Positions 45,786 through 55,792 of a stretch of 64,000 bases of DNA are shown here, one piece after another. Source of the stretch: a virus. Each line of letters starts with the position of its first letter. Position 1 is the first letter of the stretch. Below the pieces are notes generated by a model that made no database searches, was not told the origin of the DNA, and was given only the letters and a program-made list of their open reading frames with translations. A program made the translations under genes and the position numbers. The stretch lies in IMG/VR virus record IMGVR_UViG_3300048091_000425; one strand, 5' to 3'.

Positions 45786-46739
45786 CTATCCCTGAACTGA
45801 ATTGTTAGCTGGCGACCCAGCCTGCCCGCACATGCAGCCAGCGGACAACCGTATGACTTCCGACAGACGAACCACAGGTTCGATATCGGAACACTCATCG
45901 CCAAATAGCGATTTCACGTAATCACGGCCAAAAGCCAGGGAGCGCGGGCCTTCACCTTCCTGCGTGAAACGCGAGTGAGCTACCCCGTTATCCGTCCAGA
46001 ACACACCGTAGGCTTCAGCTTTAAGGCCATCCCACCAGTTTGTACCCGATACAGCTGGTGGTGGAGCAAAATCAATGCACTCCCCAACCTTACGCTTACT
46101 CATCAACGCCTCGAGTAAATCGATTCGCCCCCACGCCTGAGTTAGCCTTTCGGTTTGGGCCGCCACCCATTGCCCATAGTGCAGGAGCTTTTTGTTGGCA
46201 TCTTCCAGGTCGGTGCAAGTCCTGACCGGATTGTTTACGTCGGCCAGTTTGAGCGCCTTGACTTCGGTTTCCAGCTCCGTATTGCGGATGAGCAGCTTGG
46301 ACACATGCTCACGGTGATCCCCCAGGCGCACCAGGGAAACAATTTCGGTACCCGTTTCACCTTCGTCGTAGGCCTTGCGAACATCATCCTCGTTCGAGCT
46401 GCCCAGCCAGATACCACCGCCGCTGCCGATCAGCTCGTGCACATGAATGAAAACCTCTGGCTCGCCGGCGCTGCCACGAAGAGTGGAAATGGAGCGAGGG
46501 TTGTTCAGAGAAGTCGCCTTCTCAACGCAGGCGTTCCAGCCCTTATCAAAAGTATCCAGCTCCTGACCCTCGTCAGCCACGCGCAGAGCCGGCAGCCTTG
46601 CGCCGGCCACGCGGTATTCGTTGGCGCCAGCCAGGAGCGCCTGCAGGTCGGCCAGAAATGGGCTATCGGCGGGCAAATCACCCTCGATACCCTTCAACAG
46701 CGCCCGTGTCGCAGTAATCAGCTCAAATTCCATTTTCAA
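45786..46739 (-). CDS. Phage-like modular protein
   Basis: 317 aa; 'GWNAC' module. Confidence 0.6.
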   Translation of the reverse strand: MKMEFELITATRALLKGIEGDLPADSPFLADLQALLAGANEYRVAGARLPALRVADEGQELDTFDKGWNACVEKATSLNNPRSISTLRGSAGEPEVFIHVHELIGSGGGIWLGSSNEDDVRKAYDEGETGTEIVSLVRLGDHREHVSKLLIRNTELETEVKALKLADVNNPVRTCTDLEDANKKLLHYGQWVAAQTERLTQAWGRIDLLEALMSKRKVGECIDFAPPPAVSGTNWWDGLKAEAYGVFWTDNGVAHSRFTQEGEGPRSLAFGRDYVKSLFGDECSDIEPVVRLSEVIRLSAGCMCGQAGSPANNSVQG

Positions 46740-46891
46740 CCACCTTAATCGTTTTCATATTGGTGTTTTTGCAGTGGCCGATGGCTTGCGAGGCATAGGT
46801 GCCGTGCTTTGTGCAACGGTCGTTACTCTTCGCGTTCTTGTGGCCTTTCGGCCAGCCGGCGTTGTAGTGGTGCATGCAGCCTTTGCAGTGC

Positions 46892-47677
46892 TTATCCATG
46901 GGCTCCCTCCCCGCTGCTCGCAGCAGCTGATCCCTGACTCTGGGCCTTGGCGGCCTCAAGCGCGTCGATCACCGTATAGTCCAGGCGCTCGTGGTTGGTC
47001 GCAAACTCAACCTCGCAATCATCCGGGTCGAACAGATTGACGGTGCCGGCGCCCCGCTCGATGCCCATCTGGATCTCCCAGCCTTCCGGAAGCTCGCCAG
47101 CGGCCCGCTCGACCGCCGCGTACAACGGCGGAACTTTCGTCAGCACCTTGAACTTCGCCTGCAGATCCTGGTGAGCTTTTTCCAGCAGCACATTGCGCTG
47201 GCGCAGGACATCGACCTCGAGGCCGTCGGTACCTTCGTTGAGGTGCGCGATCATGTCGATCAACACCATGTTTGCCGATTCGACGTCATTGTGGAATCGG
47301 GCTGCCACTGGGGCGACGCCGGCGATGGTCGCCGACACATAGTGCCCGCTCGGGTTCCGATTGAGGGTGGCCCTGCGCCGCTGTCCGGTGTCGTATAGGA
47401 AGGTCATCAGGCGCTGGAGCGTCTCGGACACAGCAGTCAGCCCCGCCGCCATTCTTTCCTGGTTGCCCCCAACTTCCTCAGCATTTGGCTGTTCAGCCGA
47501 AGCCAGCGCAGCCCGTAAGGTTTGGGCAGCCAGCGCTGTGCGGAACTCGTTCACCGTCTCCGTGACGTGCGGCAGAAAGCCAATGCCGCCAGAGCCGTCG
47601 TTTCCAACGCTTTCCGGCCAGAGCGCCGACATGCGATTGAGAAGATCGAGGGGCATTTCTACGGTTTTTATGGTCAT
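46892..47677 (-). CDS. Phage-like modular protein
   Basis: 261 aa; 'RAAGELPEGWEI...IERGAG.V.L' module. Confidence 0.65.
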   Translation of the reverse strand: MTIKTVEMPLDLLNRMSALWPESVGNDGSGGIGFLPHVTETVNEFRTALAAQTLRAALASAEQPNAEEVGGNQERMAAGLTAVSETLQRLMTFLYDTGQRRRATLNRNPSGHYVSATIAGVAPVAARFHNDVESANMVLIDMIAHLNEGTDGLEVDVLRQRNVLLEKAHQDLQAKFKVLTKVPPLYAAVERAAGELPEGWEIQMGIERGAGTVNLFDPDDCEVEFATNHERLDYTVIDALEAAKAQSQGSAAASSGEGAHG

Positions 47678-47837
47678 CGCTTCACTTTCCTGGCATTGGG
47701 CAAGTTTTTGTAGTGATCCGTTTTCTTGCAGCGCTTGCAGGTGATCGACTCCCTTACACCGCTATTCCCGGCAAATCCCTGTATCCCGCAGGCAACCTCG
47801 GTTGTGTACGGGATGTGCACGTGCACCATGGACTTGC

Positions 47838-48269
47838 TCATGACCGGAAAGCATCTTCGAGGGCGGCATAGGCGCTCTGAATACGAGCCAGTTTTTCTTC
47901 TGCCACTTTCAGTTGGTGCTCAGAGTACGACGAAGTGATAGGCAGGTTACCAACCGACGTTTCGCAGGCGACACCCGCGAAGGCCTTCAGAATCTTGTCG
48001 ACCTCAGGGGAGCCGCCAAAATCGCGGGATCCGATAGAAAGCAAGGTGCAGATCTGACGCATATTGGTAAAGCCGATTTTTACAGCAGTGCCGCCACAGT
48101 GAATCAGAGCGAAACCTTCGTCCGCACGCGGCGCCAGATCAATCGGGCCGCTGTTCAGACCTACCCCGTTGTAACTCGGGGCAGTTACTGTGGCTGGCTT
48201 TTCCTTTGCGCTCTTGTTGTCCCAGCTATTCGGCTTGTAGCCGTTGTTCAAAAGTCCCATACCAGGCAT
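47838..48269 (-). CDS. Hypothetical protein
   Basis: 143 aa with RBS. Confidence 0.55.
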   Translation of the reverse strand: MPGMGLLNNGYKPNSWDNKSAKEKPATVTAPSYNGVGLNSGPIDLAPRADEGFALIHCGGTAVKIGFTNMRQICTLLSIGSRDFGGSPEVDKILKAFAGVACETSVGNLPITSSYSEHQLKVAEEKLARIQSAYAALEDAFRS

Positions 48270-48300
48270 GACTGTTCCTTACTTTTAGAATTGAATGGCG

Positions 48301-49383
48301 TTATGTGGACGGCACATCGGAGCCAGCGCCCAGCGCTGAAGTCACGACTTGTCTCAGCACACGACCCAACTGGGTGTCGGCGGGCATCAGCTGCTCAAAG
48401 ACAGCGGCAGCGACGCCGTATTCGTAGCCAGGCTTGATCGGCGGCTCGGCGTGGGCGCGGTTCCAGTCCAACAGCCTGATCTGCAGGCCGAGCAAATCAG
48501 CAACTTCAGCTTTGGCCTGCTCCGGCTCTGCCGCTGAAACATGACCTTCGGCCAAAAGCGATGTAAGAGGCTCACCGTCTCCAGATGGAGCGAACGAAGC
48601 CAGGACTATCAATGCGCTGTTTCGAGCGGACGAGCCGTCTACAGAGATCCCATAGGTACTAATGAACCTACGAATAGCCAATTGAAGCTGAAGCACTTGC
48701 GCGTTAGTAGCGTCGCGCTGAGCCTCTACTTGAAGCAGTTCTTCTGCGGCGCTGTAGTTCGGTTTTGGATCTTCCGCCAGGATGCTGAAGCTATCTCCCT
48801 CGCGCATCAGCTCAGCGACGGTACAGAAAATGCGATTGCCTGCATCGTGGTCACAGGTCGACACATCAACGCTGATCGTTTTACCGACGATCTTGCTCTC
48901 CAGATAGTCGATGAGCACCACGTTGTCGGTAGGGTCGCCGTGCACCACCTCAGCTTTCGCTTCCTGGAGGACAGCATTGATCTCCTCGGCATGCGCCAGC
49001 CCGTCCCTTCGGCCCCAGTCATACAAGAAATTCGAGCTGGTTTCGAGGAGGTCTACAAACCTCGCGTTCTGCTCCTTCAAGAAGTCCCGTTCAGCCTCGG
49101 CCTCACGAATCAGGCGTAGGAACTCTGATTCGTACTTTTCCAGCATGGCCACGCGCCCACGGATTAGCTGCAGCTCTTCACTCGGGTCGCGGAACAACGC
49201 GATGCGTCTTTCCCCGCTTGGACTATCCCCACCGTGGCGCCAAAGCGTTGCATAAAGTCCATTGCCATTGCCATCGACCTGATCTAAGTCGAATTCGTCA
49301 ACGTAGCCCGCAGGCTTTTGAGCTTTGTGCATCAGGGCATCCTCAGCAGCGTAGCCAATGGTGATAGTCCGAAATTCAGGCAT
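48301..49383 (-). CDS. Phage-like modular protein
   Basis: 360 aa; 'GKT.S.DVST.D.DAG.RIF' module. Confidence 0.65.
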   Translation of the reverse strand: MPEFRTITIGYAAEDALMHKAQKPAGYVDEFDLDQVDGNGNGLYATLWRHGGDSPSGERRIALFRDPSEELQLIRGRVAMLEKYESEFLRLIREAEAERDFLKEQNARFVDLLETSSNFLYDWGRRDGLAHAEEINAVLQEAKAEVVHGDPTDNVVLIDYLESKIVGKTISVDVSTCDHDAGNRIFCTVAELMREGDSFSILAEDPKPNYSAAEELLQVEAQRDATNAQVLQLQLAIRRFISTYGISVDGSSARNSALIVLASFAPSGDGEPLTSLLAEGHVSAAEPEQAKAEVADLLGLQIRLLDWNRAHAEPPIKPGYEYGVAAAVFEQLMPADTQLGRVLRQVVTSALGAGSDVPST

Positions 49384-49385
49384 GG

Positions 49386-50876
49386 TTAAACGCTCTCCGT
49401 TGGCGAATTCAACCGTCGATAGTCCTCGAGGAACCGCTCCGACGCCGCGAGCGTAAAGCCGCGCATGGTTTCGTTGTTGATCCAGTGGCGAATGATCACG
49501 TCGGCGGTCTCCAGCAGCTTGGCAAAGCTGTCCAGGCGGGCCGTCATGGCTTCAAAGGAGTAGGCACTACGGCGCAGCTCCCATTTACGGTGGAAATTCC
49601 AGCCCAGGCCAGTTGGCGCCGGCTCGTGCGGCAATCGCACAGCCAACTTGCCGGGCTCGCCCTGGTACAGAATGGCTTCAGCGGGTACCACCTCACCCTG
49701 TGAAATAACCTGGGCCGCCAGCGCATCGAAGTCAGAGGCCAGCACATACGAGCCGAATTCGTCCTGGTGTTTGTCACCAAAACGGTCGAATTCATAGCGT
49801 TTGACCTCGCCCACCGCCTCAGTCGCCATGCTTGGCACTTTCACGCCGATCATCTTGAACGCCAGTGCGTCACTCGATTTCAACGCCCGCGCATATTCCA
49901 GCAGCGCCGCGTTAACACGGGTGCACAACGAGTCATCGTCTTCATCTTCAACGCATGCAACAGATGCGTACATTGCAATCGTTTGACGTAAGGTCTCAGC
50001 CAGAGAATCTGCTTGCTGGCGCAGACCGTTCGAAACGTTGCGGTGGTGATCGCGCTGCAGCTGCATTGCAGAGTGCAGGGATTGCCAGCGCCCCTCCTCC
50101 CCATCAGCCAGGCTTCTGGCGGCCTCAGCACAGGCTTTCCAGGTGTTCAGTCGCGCATTGTAGGAGTCGGCAAGCGGATAGAAGCTGGCATCCATAACCA
50201 TTACAACGTAGCAGTTGTGGACGTCGGAGAACTTCAGGAAATTCGGGATCGGAAATTTCGCCTCGAAAGCCGCACGGTCGTGAAGCTCACACCCATTCGG
50301 GAGATCAGCCGCAGCGGACAGGATCATTCCCGCTGGGAGGTTTTCGATATCCCAGTCACCGAGCGATTCCAGCCGCACCGACTCCGGCAAGCCATCGGAG
50401 CCCAGAGGCCCGTGCACTACCTTGAAAAGACCTTGCGCAGGTTTCACGTCCAGACATTCGGCCCCGTTAGCAGGAAGTGGTTCAGTGTTGGCCGAACTGC
50501 GGACGTTGACATCTTTCAGCAGCGTGGCCTTACTAAAGCCTCCCATTGGCATCATGTTGCCGGATTGGGCGCTTGCGTGAATGACCGAACCCATGTCCGA
50601 CACTTTCGCAAGGCTGTTACCCATGTCCAGAGTCGACTGAAAGTCTTGCCCTTCGATGCAGTTATGTTGCGCACCAAAAATGGATGGGCTACTGACATTG
50701 ATGCCTTTGCGTTGGCCGGGTTTCAGATCTTGAGGTAACGAGGCCTGAAAATCCTTTTCGATTTGCAACCATGGGTTACGCTGCTCATGCATTTGCGATG
50801 GATCGCTGCCCTGCTGGCTGACATCCTGAGCGTTATTGGAAGTCTCATCGCCTGAGTCGCTGATGTGCTTGGTCAT
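49386..50876 (-). CDS. Large phage-like modular protein
   Basis: 496 aa; 'G.YV...D.DAL' module. Confidence 0.65.
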   Translation of the reverse strand: MTKHISDSGDETSNNAQDVSQQGSDPSQMHEQRNPWLQIEKDFQASLPQDLKPGQRKGINVSSPSIFGAQHNCIEGQDFQSTLDMGNSLAKVSDMGSVIHASAQSGNMMPMGGFSKATLLKDVNVRSSANTEPLPANGAECLDVKPAQGLFKVVHGPLGSDGLPESVRLESLGDWDIENLPAGMILSAAADLPNGCELHDRAAFEAKFPIPNFLKFSDVHNCYVVMVMDASFYPLADSYNARLNTWKACAEAARSLADGEEGRWQSLHSAMQLQRDHHRNVSNGLRQQADSLAETLRQTIAMYASVACVEDEDDDSLCTRVNAALLEYARALKSSDALAFKMIGVKVPSMATEAVGEVKRYEFDRFGDKHQDEFGSYVLASDFDALAAQVISQGEVVPAEAILYQGEPGKLAVRLPHEPAPTGLGWNFHRKWELRRSAYSFEAMTARLDSFAKLLETADVIIRHWINNETMRGFTLAASERFLEDYRRLNSPTESV

Positions 50877-50959
50877 GGGTAAACAGTCCTTTCTAAATTC
50901 GATTTCCGCGTCGTCGGTTAGACGCTCTGCGATGTTCCGGTGTGGGTTGATCAGCCGAG

Positions 50960-51391
50960 TTACAAGAGATCAACTTTCCCAAACTTCGCAAGCTCAGACT
51001 GAAGGTTCTTCTTATCGCCTTCCAGTTGAGCAACCTTTTCGCGCAGCTCGGCGATCAGCCGGCGAGCATGCTTGGCCGGGTAATCCGGGTCATCCAGCAG
51101 TGCCAACAGCGCATCGTAGTCGCCAGCGTCGACAACCATCAGGTTGGCCGGGCCTAGGTAGCCAGGGCGGCAGACCTTCATGCGCTCGACCCCGTGTGGA
51201 TTTTGGGACAGTGGGTGGACAGGAGCTGCCGCGAGGGCCGCATTCCAGATCTCGAAAGCACCACCGCCACAGCAGCGTGCACGGCTCGCAATGGATTCAG
51301 CGATGTCGTCATCAAGATCGACCGGCACAAGCTGCCACCGCTCTTTAATAGCTGGCTTGGTGGAGGTTTCTGCTTGCTTGGTGGTGTCCAT
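50960..51391 (-). CDS. Phage-like modular protein
   Basis: 'W.LVP.......IW.A.LAAAP' module. Confidence 0.65.
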   Translation of the reverse strand: MDTTKQAETSTKPAIKERWQLVPVDLDDDIAESIASRARCCGGGAFEIWNAALAAAPVHPLSQNPHGVERMKVCRPGYLGPANLMVVDAGDYDALLALLDDPDYPAKHARRLIAELREKVAQLEGDKKNLQSELAKFGKVDLL

Positions 51392-51459
51392 GGCAATTCT
51401 CTCGAAATGTTATGTTTATGGCGCCAGCATAGACGCCTCGAATGAAGTCGTTGGAGTTC

Positions 51460-51819
51460 TTAAGCTTGCGGCGCCTTCCGGGCCATGAGCGCAGAGAGAT
51501 CGTAGATCGGGCCGCTGGAGATGATCGGCTGGCCACCCTCGACACTGATCACCTGCACCAGAAAGGCATTGCCGGCGATCCAGTACACAAAGCAAAAAGC
51601 CCATACGCAGAGCTTAATCTTGCGGGTGTTCAGGTAGGTGATTTTAGCGTCATTGCACCAAAGCAAGAGCATCACTACGGGCAGGGTGAAGTAGGCCGCA
51701 CCCCTTGCCTGATCAAGGAAAACCATGCACCAAGCCAGAGCAATGGTCATTATGGCGATGCCGAGGGTGAACCACCGCGATGGAAAATCAATTCGGCTTT
51801 TTTCAATGGCAAAGGACAT
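51460..51819 (-). CDS. Membrane protein (about 3 TM)
   Basis: Hydrophobic stretches. Confidence 0.6.
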   Translation of the reverse strand: MSFAIEKSRIDFPSRWFTLGIAIMTIALAWCMVFLDQARGAAYFTLPVVMLLLWCNDAKITYLNTRKIKLCVWAFCFVYWIAGNAFLVQVISVEGGQPIISSGPIYDLSALMARKAPQA

Positions 51820-51827
51820 GGCTAGAC

Positions 51828-52046
51828 TCAGTTGGAGGGCTGCGTGATTCGGGACAGGCTCAATTCAGCGCTACGCTGACGGCCACGGGCCTTTTCCAGC
51901 TGGGCGGTGAGCCGCTTGTGGGGCAAGGTGCCTGGAATGAATTTCACGACGGCCTGTTCGAGCCGAGAAACTTCCCGTGCCGCTTCGTCTGCCATGGCTT
52001 TGATGGCGTTGCGCTTAGATGGCTTCATTCCTGAGATTCCATTCAT
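51828..52046 (-). CDS. Small basic coiled-coil protein
   Basis: After promoter copy 7. Confidence 0.55.
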   Translation of the reverse strand: MNGISGMKPSKRNAIKAMADEAAREVSRLEQAVVKFIPGTLPHKRLTAQLEKARGRQRSAELSLSRITQPSN

Positions 52047-52078
52047 TATATGGATTAAAACAGATCTGTCTGACGCAC

Positions 52079-52107
52079 AATGTATGCCTCTAGGGATTAA
52101 CTGGCAA
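52079..52107 (-). promoter_or_regulatory. CTAG-operator promoter (copy 7)
   Basis: TTGCCA-gttaatccCTAGaggca-TACATT. Confidence 0.7.
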
Positions 52108-52169
52108 CCATTTATTTGGAATTGTTCGCCGTCGCGTCGAGGTTTTGCCAGGCCTTGGCCACAAAAACA

Positions 52170-52197
52170 AAAAAACCGCCCTGAGAGAGGCGGTTTT
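52170..52197. terminator. Terminator
   Basis: AAAACCGCC...GGCGGTTTT. Confidence 0.7.
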
Positions 52198-52312
52198 CGT
52201 TTGCTGAATTCGGCTTGCGGGCCTCATCCTGCGACATCCACGGGATGCAGTCACGTCAATTGATCATATTTGACCAGCAACAACGCGTCAATAATGGTCG
52301 GTCAGTCCAGAG

Positions 52313-52396
52313 CTATTCGATGGGAAACGGGATCTTATGGAACGTTTCGCATGGTTGGCCGGCATCACGGCACACGTGACAGCAGAACCAGTCCTC
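52313..52396 (-). pseudogene. Orphan 3' fragment duplicating the end of 52806-53060
   Basis: Encodes EDWFCCHVCRDAGQPCETFHKIPFPIE* versus EDWFCCHVCRDAAKPCETFHKIPFPVE*; no start codon. Confidence 0.75.
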
Positions 52397-52397
52397 A

Positions 52398-52796
52398 TTA
52401 GCCTTCGAACGAAACTTTTCCCGGAAAATTTATTGAGAATTGAACGCCTGACTTGATCGCCAACTCACGAAACGTCTGTTCGGCCTGCGCAAGAAACGGT
52501 GGTACCTCCAAGAGTTCAAGCACCACCTGCGGCTTCATGCCCAAGAACGCAAAGAGCCGCGTGAAGGCATCGGCCACGTCTTCACGCACGGAAGGGTCTG
52601 TGTTCAGCGATTCATCCAGGCAGGCTTTGCAGGCTGCGTGGATCGGCTCAAGACTGGCCTTCTTCTCGTCATCACCAGCGGCGATCCGGTCGGCATCGCA
52701 ACTCAGGAATATCCGAAGCATGTCCAAGACTGATTCATGTCGATAGCTCATGCGAAGCAGCTCATAAGCATCGGAGTTTGAATACACCTTCATCAT
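52398..52796 (-). CDS. Hypothetical protein
   Basis: 132 aa, flanked by the duplicated segment. Confidence 0.65.
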   Translation of the reverse strand: MMKVYSNSDAYELLRMSYRHESVLDMLRIFLSCDADRIAAGDDEKKASLEPIHAACKACLDESLNTDPSVREDVADAFTRLFAFLGMKPQVVLELLEVPPFLAQAEQTFRELAIKSGVQFSINFPGKVSFEG

Positions 52797-52805
52797 TTTG
52801 CGCGA

Positions 52806-53060
52806 CTACTCAACAGGAAAAGGGATTTTGTGGAAAGTCTCACACGGTTTTGCTGCGTCACGGCACACATGGCAGCAGAACCAGTCCTCCCAGCCTTCAA
52901 ATGATTCTTCGTCGCCGGTGTGCACGCATTCCCAGTTACCTTTGGTGTCATCCGCGCCGCAATACATGCAGGCCACTTCATGAACCGGGGCGGCAGTCTG
53001 AAGGACGCCATTGTTGGCGCCCTCCTCGGTCAATTTGATGTCTTCATTCGGGTCGGCCAT
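52806..53060 (-). CDS. Small zinc-finger protein
   Basis: CMYC...CCHVC. Confidence 0.7.
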   Translation of the reverse strand: MADPNEDIKLTEEGANNGVLQTAAPVHEVACMYCGADDTKGNWECVHTGDEESFEGWEDWFCCHVCRDAAKPCETFHKIPFPVE

Positions 53061-53106
53061 GGAAAGGACTCACAATGCTCTTTCATGTCATTTTAGTAGC
53101 ATTGTT

Positions 53107-53652
53107 TTACTTTGCAAGCTCAGCGAGTCTGTTCATTTCATCGGCGATGAACAAGCCGGCGCAGTGCTTTTTGATTTCCGGCCACTCATGCTCAATATCG
53201 AAACCCGTCTTCGCCCACTCCCCAGGATGGAGAAGCGGCCCAATCTGATCGTCGATGACGAGCATCTGAGCGATCAGGATTTGCCCAGGGTGATCAATCC
53301 GGAAGAACTCGACCATCGTTCCCTCCACGCCTCCCCCGAACTCTTCTTTCAGAAGCACACTGGGGAAGTGGCTTGCATCGATTGAGCGGCCTTTGACCAC
53401 GCCAACAGACAGCGTCGTGCCAAGCCCAAAGCCCTTGACCGCCGCCAGCAACTGCGTACTGCCGGCCAGATCATTGGCCTGGCGAACAGATTGCTCGCAA
53501 TCATGCATACCGCAGAAAATGAAAGGTTTTCCATCGAGCAAAACGCAGATCCCTTTCGACGAACAGATCGCCTCGGTCATCCGCCAACGGCCTACCATAA
53601 GGTCGCAGCGGTCGTAACACTGCACTAGTCGATCATTGAAGTTTTCGGACAT
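53107..53652 (-). CDS. Hypothetical protein
   Basis: 181 aa. Confidence 0.6.
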   Translation of the reverse strand: MSENFNDRLVQCYDRCDLMVGRWRMTEAICSSKGICVLLDGKPFIFCGMHDCEQSVRQANDLAGSTQLLAAVKGFGLGTTLSVGVVKGRSIDASHFPSVLLKEEFGGGVEGTMVEFFRIDHPGQILIAQMLVIDDQIGPLLHPGEWAKTGFDIEHEWPEIKKHCAGLFIADEMNRLAELAK

Positions 53653-53661
53653 GACAGCCCC

Positions 53662-53919
53662 TTAATCGGCAATGACGGTGGCCGATACGACCTTGTGTTC
53701 CGGGAACATGATCGCCCGGATATCACTCTCTTTAGCGTCCAGCGTCACCACCGCCAGGCGCTCGAACTCTTTCGTCGCCTCGTATTTAGCCTTTTGCTCA
53801 GGAATGTAGTCCGGGTTACCGTCCATGTCCGCCTCAGAAGCGCAGGCTAAAGCTTCGAGTGCGTATTCGCCGGGATAGTTGATGCAGATGCGTTGGCCGA
53901 ACAGAACGTAAAGATTCAT
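53662..53919 (-). CDS. Hypothetical protein
   Basis: 85 aa with GGAGG RBS. Confidence 0.65.
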   Translation of the reverse strand: MNLYVLFGQRICINYPGEYALEALACASEADMDGNPDYIPEQKAKYEATKEFERLAVVTLDAKESDIRAIMFPEHKVVSATVIAD

Positions 53920-53970
53920 GAAACCTCCAGAAAGCCCAGGAAGCCTGGGCGAAAAATGAAATCGACCAGC

Positions 53971-54804
53971 CTACAGAAGCGACAGCGCCCCTGCCGTGTA
54001 CAGATCCGATTCCTTACCAGTTATGGTCGCCATGCGCTCGGGGAACTCAGGGCCGATTACCAGCAACTTGCTGGTGCCAGAATCGAAGCCAACGTAATGC
54101 ACGTTGGAAGTGTCGAGGGTCTCTTTCAACACCTCGAGGTCAGCGTCTGTCTTGATGCCCATGCCGATCTTACCGAAACCTGCCGTCAACCAACCGCGCA
54201 GTGCGGGATCGGACAGGCACAGCTTCATGGAGCCGTCACTGGAGCCCTCCAGCGGCGTCAGGAGGCTCGCCATCATCGTCAGGCAACCCAGTGCTGCCAT
54301 TTTGGCCGCAACCTCCTTGGGCAGCGGCTGCTGCTTGGAGAAAACGAACCACTGGCGAGCGATCAGGTCGGCGCCGGCGAGCGGAACAGCCTTTTGAGCA
54401 GATGGCGTGAATACGCCCTGGGCAGCAGTGGTCACCGTCGGCACACCACCAAACTCGGTAAGCCCGCGATCCGTGATGACCGTCGACAGCTCTGGATTCT
54501 CAAGCGAGCCCCGGAGTTCAGCCTCGTCAGCCACCATTTCGACCACAACCGCGTCATGTTCGATCAGCTGCAACAGCCTCTGGTAGTTCAGCGCCGAGAG
54601 AACCCGGTACTCGCCGAAGTCATCCATAGAGTTGAGCAGCTGAGCGCAGGCCGCGTGAGCCACTTGGGCCGCCAGCTTCCCCTTGCGCATGTTGAGATCG
54701 CGACGGGCGAAGATCTCCATGAGCCACATCGGCACGTCAGATTGACCCTCTGCAGGTTCAAGAATGCTGATGGATGGTGAACCATTTGGATTACATTCAG
54801 CCAT
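53971..54804 (-). CDS. pth2: Tandem-domain peptidyl-tRNA hydrolase, Pth2 type
   Basis: RRDLNMRKGKLAAQVAHA and ITDRGLTEF..PTVT (catalytic K/D/T); second Pth2-like half W..AG.GKI...VIGP....ITG..L.LL. Confidence 0.8.
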   Translation of the reverse strand: MAECNPNGSPSISILEPAEGQSDVPMWLMEIFARRDLNMRKGKLAAQVAHAACAQLLNSMDDFGEYRVLSALNYQRLLQLIEHDAVVVEMVADEAELRGSLENPELSTVITDRGLTEFGGVPTVTTAAQGVFTPSAQKAVPLAGADLIARQWFVFSKQQPLPKEVAAKMAALGCLTMMASLLTPLEGSSDGSMKLCLSDPALRGWLTAGFGKIGMGIKTDADLEVLKETLDTSNVHYVGFDSGTSKLLVIGPEFPERMATITGKESDLYTAGALSLL

Positions 54805-54868
54805 TTTTTAAACCTTCTTCAGCTTTACCGCAATTCACAGCGCCGCGCTGGCCGCCTTATAGATTTGT

Positions 54869-54897
54869 AGCGTATTACGCTAGGGGTTTACTTGCAA
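54869..54897 (-). promoter_or_regulatory. CTAG-operator promoter (copy 8)
   Basis: TTGCAA-gtaaacccCTAGcgtaa-TACGCT. Confidence 0.75.
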
Positions 54898-54947
54898 GCA
54901 CCCCGATGCTAATTTGAACTGGTCAGCATCCACGAAAAAGGAAAACC

Positions 54948-55181
54948 ATGAAACAGCTCAACGCAGAACGCATTGCCAAGGTGATGCAGGAAATGGCCGA
55001 AGATTTGCGCAGCCGGGCCGCGCTGATCGAGCAGCAAGCGAAGGAGTTGATCGAGACCGGCGACTTGGATACAGCAGTTGTGGCGCTCAGTGCAGCGGTC
55101 GGCACCCAGAACCTCAATGTCGGTAAGCTACTGAATACCACGATCCGTGAGCTTAACCGCGTCAACGATTCGTCGGAATGA
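54948..55181 (+). CDS. Small helical protein
   Basis: AAGGA RBS, 77 aa. Confidence 0.6.
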   Translation: MKQLNAERIAKVMQEMAEDLRSRAALIEQQAKELIETGDLDTAVVALSAAVGTQNLNVGKLLNTTIRELNRVNDSSE

Positions 55182-55246
55182 ACAAGCATGCCGTCAGCTC
55201 GAATTAAGCAGCTGAACTGCAGGACGTGTGCCCTAACCGTTGGTTT

Positions 55247-55666
55247 CTAGCGAAGTCCGATCTCGGCCTGCTCAGGCGTCTTCCTGTCGGTTAACCAACG
55301 AGGACATGTCACGCCAGCCCAGTTGTAGACTTCCTTAAGTCCAATCGGGCCCACACCGATGTTCTCAATGAAATCAGGCGTCAGTGTCGCCAGTGACTTG
55401 GCAACCTCATCCCTATCCATACTTCCGAGACAATTCAGTACGGTTGTTGGGCCATCTGGTAAGCCTGCACAGCGGAATTCCGCTATTGACTGGATTTCCC
55501 AATGGCGGATTGCTCGCTCGGCCTTAACAATCATTGCTCTGATGGCCGAGACACCGACACCCTCTTCCTTTGCGATCTTGGTGTACGATCCTACCTCCCG
55601 GTAGCGGAAGGCAACTTTGAACCGGCGATAGCTAGCAGCGGTGAAGATCTGTTCTGGATAACGCAT
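55247..55666 (-). CDS. Sigma-region-4-like HTH plus RNAP alpha-CTD-like protein
   Basis: 'SYTKIAKEEGVG.SAIRAMI.KA' HTH; 'TVLNCL...NIGVGPIGLKEV' HhH-like motif. Confidence 0.55.
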   Translation of the reverse strand: MRYPEQIFTAASYRRFKVAFRYREVGSYTKIAKEEGVGVSAIRAMIVKAERAIRHWEIQSIAEFRCAGLPDGPTTVLNCLGSMDRDEVAKSLATLTPDFIENIGVGPIGLKEVYNWAGVTCPRWLTDRKTPEQAEIGLR

Positions 55667-55792
55667 ACGTCACCTCATATCTTGTTGATGAGGTCAGTGT
55701 ATCGAGCATCCAAAACCGTTCCGATGGTGACTTTTTGGATATATTTCTGAAAAATCCCCCTTTCTGTCGGCGGGGTTTTATGCAGGCGCTGT

